Of a DNA stretch of 32,000 bases, positions 1 to 8,744 are shown in pieces; position 1 is the stretch's first letter; each line of letters opens with the position of its first letter. The notes under the pieces are model-generated. The model saw only the letters and a list, made by a program, of their open reading frames with translations. It did not search any database and was not told the DNA's origin. The position numbers and the translations under genes are program-made. Source of the DNA: Candidatus Saccharimonadota bacterium (GTDB lineage Bacteria > Patescibacteriota > Gracilibacteria > UBA4473); NCBI GenBank assembly GCA_963677105.1, contig OY781871.1, forward strand, positions 900,001 through 932,000, given 5' to 3'.

Positions 1-161
1 GAAAACTTCGTGGAGATTTTCAACTTTCAGCAACAGCTGGAAAGGAAGAAGCAATTGCAGCCGCGAAAGATTTAGAAAGAGTTCAGAAATATTTAAGCGA
101 AGGAAATATTGTGAAAGAAATCTTTGTTCCAGGGAAGATTGTTGGGTTTGTTGTGAAATAA
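1..161 (+). CDS. leuS: leucyl-tRNA synthetase, C-terminal end (gene starts upstream of the window)
   Basis: Reading frame 3 is open from base 3 to TAA 159-161. It is absent from the ORF track because the start lies outside the window. The translation ...GDFQLSATAGKEEAIAAAKDLERVQKYLSEGNIVKEIFVPGKIVGFVVK resembles the conserved LeuRS C-terminal tail (E. coli ...KVIYVPGKLLNLVVG). Confidence 0.7.
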   Translation, partial: KLRGDFQLSATAGKEEAIAAAKDLERVQKYLSEGNIVKEIFVPGKIVGFVVK

Positions 162-173
162 TTCATTTTTAAA

Positions 174-452
174 ATGACTTTTCACGATCGCGTTATCGAG
201 TGTGTTAAAAAAATTCCGAAAGGACAAGTGCGTACGTATGGTGAAATTGCGGAAATGGCGGGAAGTCCAGCGGCAGGAAGAGCAGTTGGTTCTATTATGA
301 AAAAGAATCGAGATAAAAATGTTCCATGTCATAGAGTTATTTGTTCATCAGGAAAAATAGGAGGATATAATGGGAATCTAGGAAAAAAGAAAGATTTACT
401 GGAGGCAGAAGGGTTTTTTGTTACGCCAAAAAATATGCTACAGTCACGATGA
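174..452 (+). CDS. single-domain methylated-DNA-protein-cysteine methyltransferase (MGMT/Ogt active-site domain only, 92 aa)
   Basis: Carries the active-site motif VPCHRVI (PCHR) and the TYGEIAEMAG...RAVG helix-turn-helix region typical of the Ada/Ogt C-terminal domain. Its TGA stop overlaps the ATGATG start of the next gene. Confidence 0.8.
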   Translation: MTFHDRVIECVKKIPKGQVRTYGEIAEMAGSPAAGRAVGSIMKKNRDKNVPCHRVICSSGKIGGYNGNLGKKKDLLEAEGFFVTPKNMLQSR

Positions 453-1285
453 TGAAAATCTCCATTATAATTCCAACGATTGGACGTTCGACTTTGCGCG
501 ATGTTTTGTATGGGATCATGAATTCAAAAAATTTCGCGAAAATTGATCCAGAAATAATTGTTGTTCGTGATGCGGTAGAAGGAGAGTTTTTATCTCAATT
601 AGAAATGGAATTCCCGAAAGTGTCTTTTTTCTGCACACCAGAAAAATCATATTCAGGTGGTGCACGAAATTTAGGTCTAGAAAAAGCAACAGGAGATATC
701 ATTGCTTTTTTGGGAGATGATACAGTTCCGCAATCAGATTGGTTGGAACGAGTTTTTGATTTTCATAGAAAAAATAAAAAGAAAGAAGAAGTTCTTCTGG
801 GAAAAGTTTCTTGGACACCAGAATTGGCACGAGATTCGTTTCATATTTGGTTAGAAAATAACGCACAGTTTTCTTTCAAATCAATTGCGAAACACGGAGC
901 AAATTGGCGACATTTTTATACTTCGAATATTTCACTCAAAAAAGAATTACTTGGCAAAGAACGATTTAGCGATGCATTTATTGGTTGGGGATTTGAAGAT
1001 ACAGAATTCGGTTACCGACTTTGGAAAAAAGGAATGAAAGTTTTGTACGATGAGAAATGTGAAGTACTTCATGATCATGCACAAGAGATTTCAAAAGTTT
1101 GGGGGCAAACACAGAATGCGCATAAAAATGCAGAGGTTTTTGAACGACTTCATCCAGAAATTCATATTCTTCCATCTGCTGGAAAACGATTTATTTTAAA
1201 AATATTAATTATTCTTTCTCATCTCATTCCTACGAAACAAATGAAGTGGTGGAGAGAGTGGAAGAAATCATGGCTGCTCAAATAA
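449..1285 (+). CDS. family 2 glycosyltransferase
   Basis: N-terminal ISIIIPTIGRSTL, then GGARNLG and the GDDT (DxD-like) motif, characteristic of a GT-A fold GT2 enzyme. The start may be 449 or 452 (ATGATG). Confidence 0.75.
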   Translation: MMKISIIIPTIGRSTLRDVLYGIMNSKNFAKIDPEIIVVRDAVEGEFLSQLEMEFPKVSFFCTPEKSYSGGARNLGLEKATGDIIAFLGDDTVPQSDWLERVFDFHRKNKKKEEVLLGKVSWTPELARDSFHIWLENNAQFSFKSIAKHGANWRHFYTSNISLKKELLGKERFSDAFIGWGFEDTEFGYRLWKKGMKVLYDEKCEVLHDHAQEISKVWGQTQNAHKNAEVFERLHPEIHILPSAGKRFILKILIILSHLIPTKQMKWWREWKKSWLLK

Positions 1286-1334
1286 CAAATAACAAAGTAC
1301 AAATTTTGAACTTTGAAGTTTGCAATTTGAAGTT
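1279..1334. repeat. heptad-phased CAAANNN inverted-array element, copy A
   Basis: There are 4 direct CAAANNN heptads (C at 1279, 1286, 1293, 1300). They are followed at once by 4 TGNANTT heptads (T at 1307, 1314, 1321, 1328), which are the imperfect reverse complement. The element starts inside the GT2 stop codon and ends about 13 nt before the convergent recR stop. Bases 1286-1302 are identical to 11818-11834. Confidence 0.6.
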
Positions 1335-1347
1335 TAGAGCCAAGCGA

Positions 1348-1953
1348 TTAGAGTTCACGACGATCCATCATGGCACGACTCAACGTTCCAGCATCAAGAT
1401 AATCGAGATCTCCTCCAGAAGGAATTCCGCGAGCAAGACGAGTTATTTTTGTTGGACATCCAAGTTGTTTGAGTTGATCAGCTAGAAACATAGCAGTAGC
1501 TTCGGCTTCTGTTGTTCCGGGAAGTGCAATTATTATTTCAGTTGGAGGTGTCTTGAGTACGCGATTTAATAATTCTTTCATGCGAATATCTTCTGCTTTG
1601 ACTCGATCAAGAGGACTAATTACTCCGTGTAATACATGATATTTTCCACGAAAAGCGTGCGTTCTTTCAAGTGCTAAAACATCCATTGGTGATTCTACAA
1701 CACAAATTTCTGCGTCTGAACGATCATTATTGGAACAAATAGGACAAAGAGATTCTTCTGCTAAATGACAACAATTATCGCATTCTTTCACTAAACTTTT
1801 TAATTCACACAAGGCATTTCCTATTTTTTTTTCGAGACCACTTTCATTTTTCAACAAAGAAAAGACTAATCGTTCCGCACTTCGAGTTCCAATTCCAGGA
1901 AGATCAGAAAGCGCTTCTATAGCTTCTGTAATCGCTTCAGGCAATAATTTCAT
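1348..1953 (-). CDS. recR: recombination protein RecR
   Basis: HhH motif LSDLPGIGTRSAERL, Cys4 zinc finger CDNCCHL...CPICS, and a Toprim-like C-terminal half. The ATG overlaps the hisS TGA (ATGA). Confidence 0.9.
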   Translation of the reverse strand: MKLLPEAITEAIEALSDLPGIGTRSAERLVFSLLKNESGLEKKIGNALCELKSLVKECDNCCHLAEESLCPICSNNDRSDAEICVVESPMDVLALERTHAFRGKYHVLHGVISPLDRVKAEDIRMKELLNRVLKTPPTEIIIALPGTTEAEATAMFLADQLKQLGCPTKITRLARGIPSGGDLDYLDAGTLSRAMMDRREL

Positions 1954-3269
1954 TTTTGTGCTTCCTCGTCTGAGCGCATTTTATCTTGATTTTTTCCCAG
2001 AAGTTTTTGCATATGTTCAACGACTGTATCTGCTGGAATAGTATCACTTCGTCCACTTTCCATATTTCGTATAATTACTTCATTTTTCTTTACTTCAAGA
2101 TCTCCCATCAAAATAGTATATGGAACATTAAATTTCTGCGCACGAGTGAGTTGTTCTTCCATAGAAGTTTTCCCCAATACTCCAACGGCATGAAATCCTG
2201 ATTCTCGTAATTTCACAAGAATTGGAAGCGCGTGTTTTTTTGCGATAGGTCCAGTTGCTGCCACAAAAATTTGAAGCGTGTCTTTTTTCGGAACCTTAAT
2301 ATCAAGATCTTTCATAAGTTGCATAACGCGTCCCATTCCTGCGGCAAGTCCACATCCTCCAAGATCACTTCCTGATCCCATTTTTTTCAACAATCCATCA
2401 TATCGTCCTCCAACGAGGATTTTTTGACGAGATTTTTTAATTCTAAATTCAAAAACAGTGTGAGAATAATAATGTAATGGACGAATAAGTGTCGGATCTA
2501 TAGTGTATTCAATACCAAAAGTATTGAGATAAGAAAGAGTTTGATCGAAAAACTCTTGTGATTCAGGAGAAAGATAATCTGTGATTTTTGGAGCCATTTC
2601 TGACAAAACCTTTTCATCTTCACTTCGTGGATCAGTGAGCAGTAATAAAAATTTCTTTTGTTCAAGTCTTTCGCGTCCTTCTGGAGAAAGAGATCGTTCT
2701 TTTCCAGAATAAAAATTCTCGAGAGCCACGATATATCTTTCTCGATCTTCGATTGTTCCAAACGTATTTATTTTTAGTTCACATTCATCGATAATATGTA
2801 AATCTGACAAAATTCGATGTCCCAAATACATAATTTGAGCATCAATTGCCGGATCAGATTCTCCTAAAATTTCACATCCAAATTGCCAAAACTCACGTTG
2901 AGTACGGTTTTGAGGTCGTTCAAAGCGAAAACATCTTCCGAAATAATACATTTCAGCGGGAAGAGCTTCTTTTTCTAGATTATGTTCAAGAAATGCTCGT
3001 ACCACTCCAGTTGTCATTTCTGGACGAAGTGAAAAATCTCTTCCGCGAGGATCTGCAAAAGAATACATTTCTCTTTTAATAATTTTACTGTTTGTACCAA
3101 GTGCACATTCAAATGTGGCTGTTTCTTCAAAAATCGGTGGTTCTATACGGCGAAACCCAGCTTGTCGAAAACGATGTCGTACCGCTTTTTTTACAAAGTT
3201 AAAGTAATCATGATCATCAGGCAAAATATCACCCGTTCCAGCTGGAGCTTTAAATTTTTTAGGACTCAT
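1950..3269 (-). CDS. hisS: histidyl-tRNA synthetase
   Basis: Class II aaRS motifs (GTGDILP..., FSLRPEMT, FRFERPQNRTQREFWQFG, GGRYDGL) and a C-terminal anticodon-binding domain. Confidence 0.9.
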   Translation of the reverse strand: MSPKKFKAPAGTGDILPDDHDYFNFVKKAVRHRFRQAGFRRIEPPIFEETATFECALGTNSKIIKREMYSFADPRGRDFSLRPEMTTGVVRAFLEHNLEKEALPAEMYYFGRCFRFERPQNRTQREFWQFGCEILGESDPAIDAQIMYLGHRILSDLHIIDECELKINTFGTIEDRERYIVALENFYSGKERSLSPEGRERLEQKKFLLLLTDPRSEDEKVLSEMAPKITDYLSPESQEFFDQTLSYLNTFGIEYTIDPTLIRPLHYYSHTVFEFRIKKSRQKILVGGRYDGLLKKMGSGSDLGGCGLAAGMGRVMQLMKDLDIKVPKKDTLQIFVAATGPIAKKHALPILVKLRESGFHAVGVLGKTSMEEQLTRAQKFNVPYTILMGDLEVKKNEVIIRNMESGRSDTIPADTVVEHMQKLLGKNQDKMRSDEEAQK

Positions 3270-3282
3270 TTAAAAGAATAGA

Positions 3283-3678
3283 TTATAAGTTCAGGATACG
3301 TTCTACAGCAAGTGCACAATTTTCCGGATCAATTACGGTAAGAACAGGAGTTTTACTTGGCATTTGTAATGTAGAATGAATATTTACTAAATAGTCTGAT
3401 TTATCTGAAAAAGGAGGACATGCAATAGTTACGTGATGCGTATTTGCACCAACAAATCCGGATAAAGCATTACTTCTTCCTGCGATGGTAACGTATACAA
3501 CTCGTTTTTTCTGATCAAACTCATTCAAAATTTCAAGAACACGTTGAGGTTGTTTATGTGCCGAAGCTGCAAACAATTCAACATTGAATTTTTTTCGAAG
3601 CGGTGTTGCAATTTTTTCTGCAAAAGAAAAATCACTTTCTGAGCCACAAATGATAACCACAGTAGAAGATTTAGACAT
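3283..3678 (-). CDS. PurE-family (AIR carboxylase/mutase fold) protein, short and divergent
   Basis: VVIICGSESDF and SAHKQP correspond to the PurE GSxSD and SAHRTP motifs. The second glycine-rich loop reads AGRSNALSG instead of AGGAAHLPG. The gene lies 13 nt upstream of hisS, probably in the same operon. Confidence 0.6.
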   Translation of the reverse strand: MSKSSTVVIICGSESDFSFAEKIATPLRKKFNVELFAASAHKQPQRVLEILNEFDQKKRVVYVTIAGRSNALSGFVGANTHHVTIACPPFSDKSDYLVNIHSTLQMPSKTPVLTVIDPENCALAVERILNL

Positions 3679-3716
3679 TTTAGAAAAATTAGCAATAAGA
3701 AGTTTCGCGTGCGGAG

Positions 3717-3745
3717 TTTACAAAATTTTTATACTTCTGTAAACT
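3717..3745 (+). promoter_or_regulatory. sigma70-like promoter for the YtxH-like gene
   Basis: TTTACA (3717-3722), 17-nt spacer, TAAACT (3740-3745), about 23 nt upstream of ATG 3769. Confidence 0.35.
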
Positions 3746-3768
3746 CAAGTTACTTGATTCTTTTTCAA

Positions 3769-4239
3769 ATGAAACATTTATTTAAATTTCTATTTTCGGC
3801 ATCACTTGGTGCAATGTATGGCTTATTTTTTGCTCAAAAGTCTGGGAAGAAGTTGCGAGACGATTTAAAAAAATCAAAAACTCCTGGAAAAAAATTATTA
3901 AACGAACTCAAAGAGGTGGCTTCAGAGAGTGGAAAAGAAGCATCTGATTGGGCAGAGAATTCAGAAGAATTACAAAAACTACTTAACGAAGCTCGTACGT
4001 ATTTTGATTCGCTCGTTGAAAAATCAAAAGATGTTTCTACTGCTGCAACAGGACGAGTAGAAGATGAATTTTTAGAGTTAAGTGAAAAAGCAGCAGAGGC
4101 GGCAAAAAGATTGAAAAAATCTGCAACGCAAAAAACGGTTAAATTTAAAAATGAGTTGGAAAAAGAAGTAAAAACCATTGCAAAGAAAACTATTGCAAAG
4201 AAAGCTGTTGCGAAAAAGAAAGTGAAAAAAGAAAAATAG
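3769..4239 (+). CDS. YtxH-like protein (N-terminal membrane helix plus Lys/Glu-rich coiled region)
   Basis: MKHLFKFLFSASLGAMYGLFFAQKSGKKLRDDLKK matches the YtxH pattern (G..G.LFAPKSG...R..L). The ORF-track start at 3709 is a GTG with an implausible 20-aa extension. Confidence 0.6.
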   Translation: MKHLFKFLFSASLGAMYGLFFAQKSGKKLRDDLKKSKTPGKKLLNELKEVASESGKEASDWAENSEELQKLLNEARTYFDSLVEKSKDVSTAATGRVEDEFLELSEKAAEAAKRLKKSATQKTVKFKNELEKEVKTIAKKTIAKKAVAKKKVKKEK

Positions 4240-4355
4240 TTGGTTCGCTTGGAATTGTCGATATAAAGCATGTTTTTTGAGGTCAGTGTGGAATTTATAA
4301 AACACTTGAATTTTTTTTTGAAATTTGTAGTGTAAAAACACTTTAGAATACACAC

Positions 4356-6545
4356 ATGACACAGAAAAAAGAAACATTCGAAGAGATTTTAAAACGACAT
4401 GGATTCCAATATGTTTTGGCTTGCAGTGTTTTGTTTTACGTTATTGGAACAATTATATTTAATATCTACTTTCGAAAATTGGGAAGTTTTGAATTTGATC
4501 TTTTGCAATTGCGATACATGTTTGTAGGAATTGCCTTTGTTTTGATTACATCTATTTTTCCTTTATTTATTTGGGCAGTATATGGAATTGTTCAATTAAT
4601 TCGTGGACCAGAACCAGAACCGACTCAGCGGTTGACGCCAATGCAGAAAGCAAAAATTACACGAGCAAAAAATGAAAAAAAAGCGCGTATTATGGGACGT
4701 TGGAAAATAGCATTTTTTATTTTTCTTCCTCTCTGGTTGGCGGCCTATTCATGGTTTGTGTTTCCAGCTCTTCCAAGTGGATTTGGTGGGGCAAAACCAT
4801 ATGCAGCTCGTTTGATTGGTACAGAAGAGGCAATTCGAAAAATAAATGATCAGATTGCCTTTGAGGCGGGAGTTCAGAGTGAAAAATTACCATTTGAATT
4901 TTTACCAGGAGTTTCTGGACTTACAACAGGAGCTAATGTTTTAATTCTCGATAAAAGTGATTCGCGTATTTTTCTGTTATTGACTCGTGATTTATATCTT
5001 TCTTCTACGTCCAGTTTTGCAAAAAAAATGTTGGCACTTGGGAAAATTGCTGATGATGTAGAGACAACAGACACGGAAACATTTCAAATAAAACCATTAA
5101 TTGTAAGTGCAGATGGAATTGATGGAATTACGTTAAGTTTGTATCAACCACCAGAAGTTACGACAACAGAAGATTTACAATTAGCAGCAGAGATTGTGGC
5201 GTCAGATCCAAAAAGAGCACAAGAAGTTTCAGATGCTATTTCTGAAGATTTTCCAGGAGTGGGAGAAAAAATTGTTGCGGCCGTTCAAAAGCATCAACAA
5301 GAAAATCCTATTGTGAAGCCGACAATAAATAAACCAGTTGTAGTAGAACCAGAAATTTCATTGGAAGATGTTATTACGGAAGTTATTGAAGACTCTGTAG
5401 ATACTACTTTTTTAGATTTTAGAGCTCGTTCATTTACAATGGCAACATCTTTGATGGAGCACGAAAGACGTTCTGGAATAAATTCTGAACGACGACGTTT
5501 ATTAATTCAATCTGTAACAGAAGACTTTAAGAAAGATTTTCCTAAAGCTTGGGCAGAGTTAGATCCAACACAAAACTTTTTAGTTATTGGACAATCCGAT
5601 CCTTATTTTCCAATAAAAATAAAAGAAGCTTTTCGTGGAGCAGAAAATGCAACAATGGTTATGAATCGATTGAACTCTACACCTAAAACGGAAGAAAATC
5701 CTTTTACAGAAGTGCGAGAAGGAGCAAGGGATTTATTAGAAAATTCTGTGCAAACAAATACTCAGGGAAATCGTGAATTTGTAGCGCAAACATTACGGAA
5801 CTACTTTAATAATCAAGCGCCACGGCAGAGAGAGTTTTGGTCTGGTGGATATATGGATTCCGGAATTTCTCATGAAAAATTTTTTGAAAATTTAACAACT
5901 GCTTTTGTGGAACCAAGTGATTGGGAATCATTCAAAACACTACTTGCAACATTTGAAGAAGAAATGAATGCGACCTGTGAAGATGGAATTCTAAACCAAG
6001 ACGAAACAGGAATAGATTGTGGAGGAGAAATCTGTGAAGCATGTGAAGTTACAGAACCAGAAGTAGTTGAAACCTGTGAAGATGGAATTCTAAATCAAGA
6101 CGAAACAGGAATAGATTGTGGAGGAGAAATCTGTGAAGCATGTGAAGTTACAGAACCAGAAGTAGTTGAAACCTGTGAAGACGGAATTCAAAATCAAGAC
6201 GAAACAGAAATAGATTGTGGAGGAGAAATCTGTGAAGCATGTGAAGTTACAGAACCAGAAGTAGTTGAAACCTGTGAAGATGGAATTCTAAACCAAGACG
6301 AAACAGAAATAGATTGTGGAGGAGAAATCTGTGAAGCATGTGAAGTTACAGAACCAGAAGTAGTTGAAACCTGTGAAGATGGAATTCTAAACCAAGACGA
6401 AACAGAAATAGATTGTGGAGGAGAAATCTGTGAAGCATGTGAAGTTACAGAACCAGAAGTAGTTGAAACCTGCGAAGACGGAATTCAAAATCAAGACGAA
6501 ACAGGAATTGATTGTGGAGGAAGTTGTTCGGTTGCGTGTGAATAA
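4356..6545 (+). CDS. membrane-anchored protein with an unknown extracytoplasmic region and C-terminal tandem 33-aa Cys-rich repeats
   Basis: 729-aa ORF with about 3 N-terminal hydrophobic helices (VLACSVLFYVIGTIIF, FVGIAFVLITSIFPLFIWAVYGIV, IAFFIFLPLWLAAYSWFVF). A ~400-aa region of unknown function follows, then 5.75 copies of TCEDGI(L/Q)NQDET(G/E)IDCGGEICEACEVTEPEVVE. Confidence 0.8.
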   Translation: MTQKKETFEEILKRHGFQYVLACSVLFYVIGTIIFNIYFRKLGSFEFDLLQLRYMFVGIAFVLITSIFPLFIWAVYGIVQLIRGPEPEPTQRLTPMQKAKITRAKNEKKARIMGRWKIAFFIFLPLWLAAYSWFVFPALPSGFGGAKPYAARLIGTEEAIRKINDQIAFEAGVQSEKLPFEFLPGVSGLTTGANVLILDKSDSRIFLLLTRDLYLSSTSSFAKKMLALGKIADDVETTDTETFQIKPLIVSADGIDGITLSLYQPPEVTTTEDLQLAAEIVASDPKRAQEVSDAISEDFPGVGEKIVAAVQKHQQENPIVKPTINKPVVVEPEISLEDVITEVIEDSVDTTFLDFRARSFTMATSLMEHERRSGINSERRRLLIQSVTEDFKKDFPKAWAELDPTQNFLVIGQSDPYFPIKIKEAFRGAENATMVMNRLNSTPKTEENPFTEVREGARDLLENSVQTNTQGNREFVAQTLRNYFNNQAPRQREFWSGGYMDSGISHEKFFENLTTAFVEPSDWESFKTLLATFEEEMNATCEDGILNQDETGIDCGGEICEACEVTEPEVVETCEDGILNQDETGIDCGGEICEACEVTEPEVVETCEDGIQNQDETEIDCGGEICEACEVTEPEVVETCEDGILNQDETEIDCGGEICEACEVTEPEVVETCEDGILNQDETEIDCGGEICEACEVTEPEVVETCEDGIQNQDETGIDCGGSCSVACE
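5973..6542 (+). repeat. in-frame 99-bp tandem repeat (5 full units plus 1 truncated terminal unit)
   Basis: Units start at 5973, 6072, 6171, 6270, 6369 and 6468. Units 4 and 5 are identical. Among units 1-5, differences fall only in codons 4, 7, 9 and 13, and the last ~60 nt of each unit are identical. Confidence 0.95.
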
Positions 6546-6574
6546 AAAAGACGCAGCTTTTAGCTGCGTCTTTT
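6544..6574. terminator. bidirectional intrinsic terminator
   Basis: A-tract, then a perfect 9-bp stem GACGCAGCT (6550-6558) / AGCTGCGTC (6562-6570) with a TTT loop, then TTTT. It sits between convergent genes. Confidence 0.8.
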
Positions 6575-6599
6575 AAGTATTTAATTGCTAGAGTCTTTT

Positions 6600-7532
6600 T
6601 TATGCTTTTCGTTTCATTTCATAAAAGTTCATTCCAAAGAGAAGCGTAAGGATGATCAAGCAAAAGAATGGAATATTTAAAATTATCCCAAGAGGGAACA
6701 GTAATAACGTAATGAAAGAAAAGTGAAGCATTGCCATAAAACTCTTTTCAAAATCCCAATCTTTAATTTTCACAAGAGCTCCAATTCCCCAGAAAAGAAG
6801 TGCCCAAACGAGAGCAGCAATAAGGTTAAATGCAATAATAACAGCACAAGTTACACAAAACACAATTGCTAAAGTAGTAAAAAATATTTTTGCAATAATA
6901 CCTTTTGAGTTTTCTATATTTTCAATGTTTACCGTAAGAGGAAGAGGGGACTCTTCTGCATCAGCAAAAATTTCTTCAAAAGTTAATATTTCAGTTTTTC
7001 TATTATTTTGATCCTTAATTAAAACTTTGTCCTCCAACAAGAAAAAAGCATTTTCGAAAATTTCAGCATCTTGGGACGAAATCATTGGTTCTTTCGTATT
7101 AATAACAATTACAGTTGAAGTTGTTGCTTCATCAATTTCATTTATTGCATTTACAAATACTGGTTCTTCGGATTCTTTGTCAATCGCGACGATCATTGGG
7201 TCAGGAATGTTTTTTGTTTGAATTTTAAAATTTTTATCAATAGTAAATTCAAAATCTTGGAGAATAGTTTTCATGTCATATTGTTCTCCATTTGGAAGTT
7301 CAAAAGATTTTTCCGTAGAAATTTTTTCAATCAGACTATGAGGAAATGAAGACAACATAATCGTTGCCAAAATGCTCAGTGTGATTGTCGGAATTATAAT
7401 CAATAGAAAAGTACTCAAAAACAAAAACCCCCATGACTTACCAGAAGATTTTTCTTTATTTAATCGTGATAAAAATGTCGGAGTAAATACGATTATAAAT
7501 CGACGCCAAAGACCAAGAGATTTGTTTTTCAT
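6600..7532 (-). CDS. hypothetical polytopic membrane protein
   Basis: Long ORF with an N-terminal helix (WGFLFLSTFLLIIIPTITLSILATIML), a ~150-aa acidic soluble region, and 3-4 C-terminal helices. The start is set at MKNKSLGLW (7532); the ORF-track start at 7586 adds 18 low-plausibility residues. It may belong to the DUF1189 family, but that is a weak recollection. Confidence 0.6.
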   Translation of the reverse strand: MKNKSLGLWRRFIIVFTPTFLSRLNKEKSSGKSWGFLFLSTFLLIIIPTITLSILATIMLSSFPHSLIEKISTEKSFELPNGEQYDMKTILQDFEFTIDKNFKIQTKNIPDPMIVAIDKESEEPVFVNAINEIDEATTSTVIVINTKEPMISSQDAEIFENAFFLLEDKVLIKDQNNRKTEILTFEEIFADAEESPLPLTVNIENIENSKGIIAKIFFTTLAIVFCVTCAVIIAFNLIAALVWALLFWGIGALVKIKDWDFEKSFMAMLHFSFITLLLFPLGIILNIPFFCLIILTLLFGMNFYEMKRKA

Positions 7533-7594
7533 ATTATTTATTTTATAAATCAAAAAAAGTTTAGAATATTTCTTCATAAAGTACAAAATTCAAA

Positions 7595-7622
7595 TTGAAG
7601 TTTTAAGCGAATCGACTACACT
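7595..7622 (+). promoter_or_regulatory. sigma70-like promoter; -10 only 7 nt from the ATG (leaderless candidate)
   Basis: TTGAAG (7595-7600), 16-nt spacer, TACACT (7617-7622), then 7 nt to ATG 7630. No SD. Confidence 0.45.
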
Positions 7623-7629
7623 TTTAGCG

Positions 7630-8601
7630 ATGAAAAAGAAAATATTAGTTACCGGTGGAGCGGGATTTATTGGTTCGAATTTCTGCAATATAAATAATGA
7701 AAAATATGACATTGTAGCGCTTGATAACTTATTTCTGGGGACTCCAGACAACTTAAATTCAGAAGTGGAATTTAGAGAAGGAGATGCCTGTAATATGTCA
7801 GATTTGGAGAAATGTGGAAATCAATTTGATTATATTCTTCATTTAGCTGGGACAAGTTCTGCGCCAATGTTTACCGATGAAAAATTATCAGAAGCGTATA
7901 GAAATTCGGTAGAAAGTTTCACAACAGTGTGTCAGTTTGCATTGAAATGTGGTGCAAAAAAAATTCTGTTTGCATCAACTTCTTCATTATACGGAAACAA
8001 TCCAATGCCACTTGTGGAAACACAGCAAGTAACGCCACCAAATCACTATTCTGTAACGAAATTTTTATACGAACATTGTGCAAAATGTTTTCAATCAACG
8101 CATAAAGATCTGGATATTATTGGATTTCGATTCATGTCGGTTTATGGACCAAATGAAGAGGCAAAAGGACAATATGCAAACATGATTTCCCAATTTGTAT
8201 GGGATATTGCACGAGATAAACCACCGGTTATTTTTGGTGATGGAAATCAGTTTCGGGATTTCACAAATGTAAAAGATATAGTGCAGGGAATTACTCGAGC
8301 TATTGAAACAGAGAAAAAGCTCGGAGCAGAAATTTTCAATATTGGAACGGGAAAAACCTGTTCGTTTAACGAAATTATTGATCAGGTAAATGCAGCGTTT
8401 GGGAAAAATGTTATTCCGACGTACATAGAAAACCCAGTGAAAGAAACGTATGTTCGCGGACAACATGCAGATATTTCTAAGATTTCAAAAGTGTTAGGAT
8501 TTAAACCAACTGTTTCTCTTGAGGAAGGGGTAAAAGCACAAGTTGAGGATCTTGATGTTTTTAAAATTAAAGAAACGAGTTCAGATTTATTTCGAAAATA
8601 A
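7630..8601 (+). CDS. NAD-dependent nucleotide-sugar epimerase/dehydratase (extended SDR)
   Basis: Rossmann motif VTGGAGFIGSN and catalytic YSVTK (YxxxK). Length of 323 aa is typical of UDP-sugar 4-epimerase-like enzymes. Confidence 0.85.
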   Translation: MKKKILVTGGAGFIGSNFCNINNEKYDIVALDNLFLGTPDNLNSEVEFREGDACNMSDLEKCGNQFDYILHLAGTSSAPMFTDEKLSEAYRNSVESFTTVCQFALKCGAKKILFASTSSLYGNNPMPLVETQQVTPPNHYSVTKFLYEHCAKCFQSTHKDLDIIGFRFMSVYGPNEEAKGQYANMISQFVWDIARDKPPVIFGDGNQFRDFTNVKDIVQGITRAIETEKKLGAEIFNIGTGKTCSFNEIIDQVNAAFGKNVIPTYIENPVKETYVRGQHADISKISKVLGFKPTVSLEEGVKAQVEDLDVFKIKETSSDLFRK

Positions 8602-8632
8602 ATATAATGAACGAACGAAACAGATGAGATCT

Positions 8633-8660
8633 GACAGCGAAGCCGTCTTTTAGGTTTTTA
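8633..8660 (+). terminator. probable intrinsic terminator of the epimerase gene
   Basis: Stem GACAGC (8633-8638) / GCCGTC (8642-8647) with one A.C mismatch and a GAA loop, followed by TTTTAGGTTTTTATTTT. Confidence 0.4.
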
Positions 8661-8709
8661 TTTTAAATAAAATATATAAAAAGAAATAAAAGAAAAATTT
8701 GACAAAATC

Positions 8710-8739
8710 TTGAAAAAAAATACTTTTGTGGCGTAGTAT
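8710..8739 (+). promoter_or_regulatory. sigma70-like promoter; -10 5 nt from the ATG (leaderless candidate)
   Basis: TTGAAA (8710-8715), 18-nt spacer, TAGTAT (8734-8739), then 5 nt to ATG 8745. Confidence 0.4.
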
Positions 8740-8744
8740 CAATA

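Noticed and set aside
3834-4377. Antisense or overlapping ORFs with low-complexity translations. Examples: 3834..4355, 4078..4377, 93..332, 8095..8466, 10341..10700, 13249..13554, 21056..21427, 23414..23824, 26261..26617, 29583..30017.
   Set aside because: Each lies wholly within, or opposite to, a longer ORF with clear family signatures. Their Phe/Ser/Leu/Asn-rich composition is typical of the reverse strand of AT-rich genes.
5973-6542. A regular repeat array that might have been a CRISPR or satellite.
   Set aside because: The units are contiguous with no spacers. The period is 99 bp, a multiple of 3. The array is in frame within a long ORF and encodes a coherent Cys-rich module.
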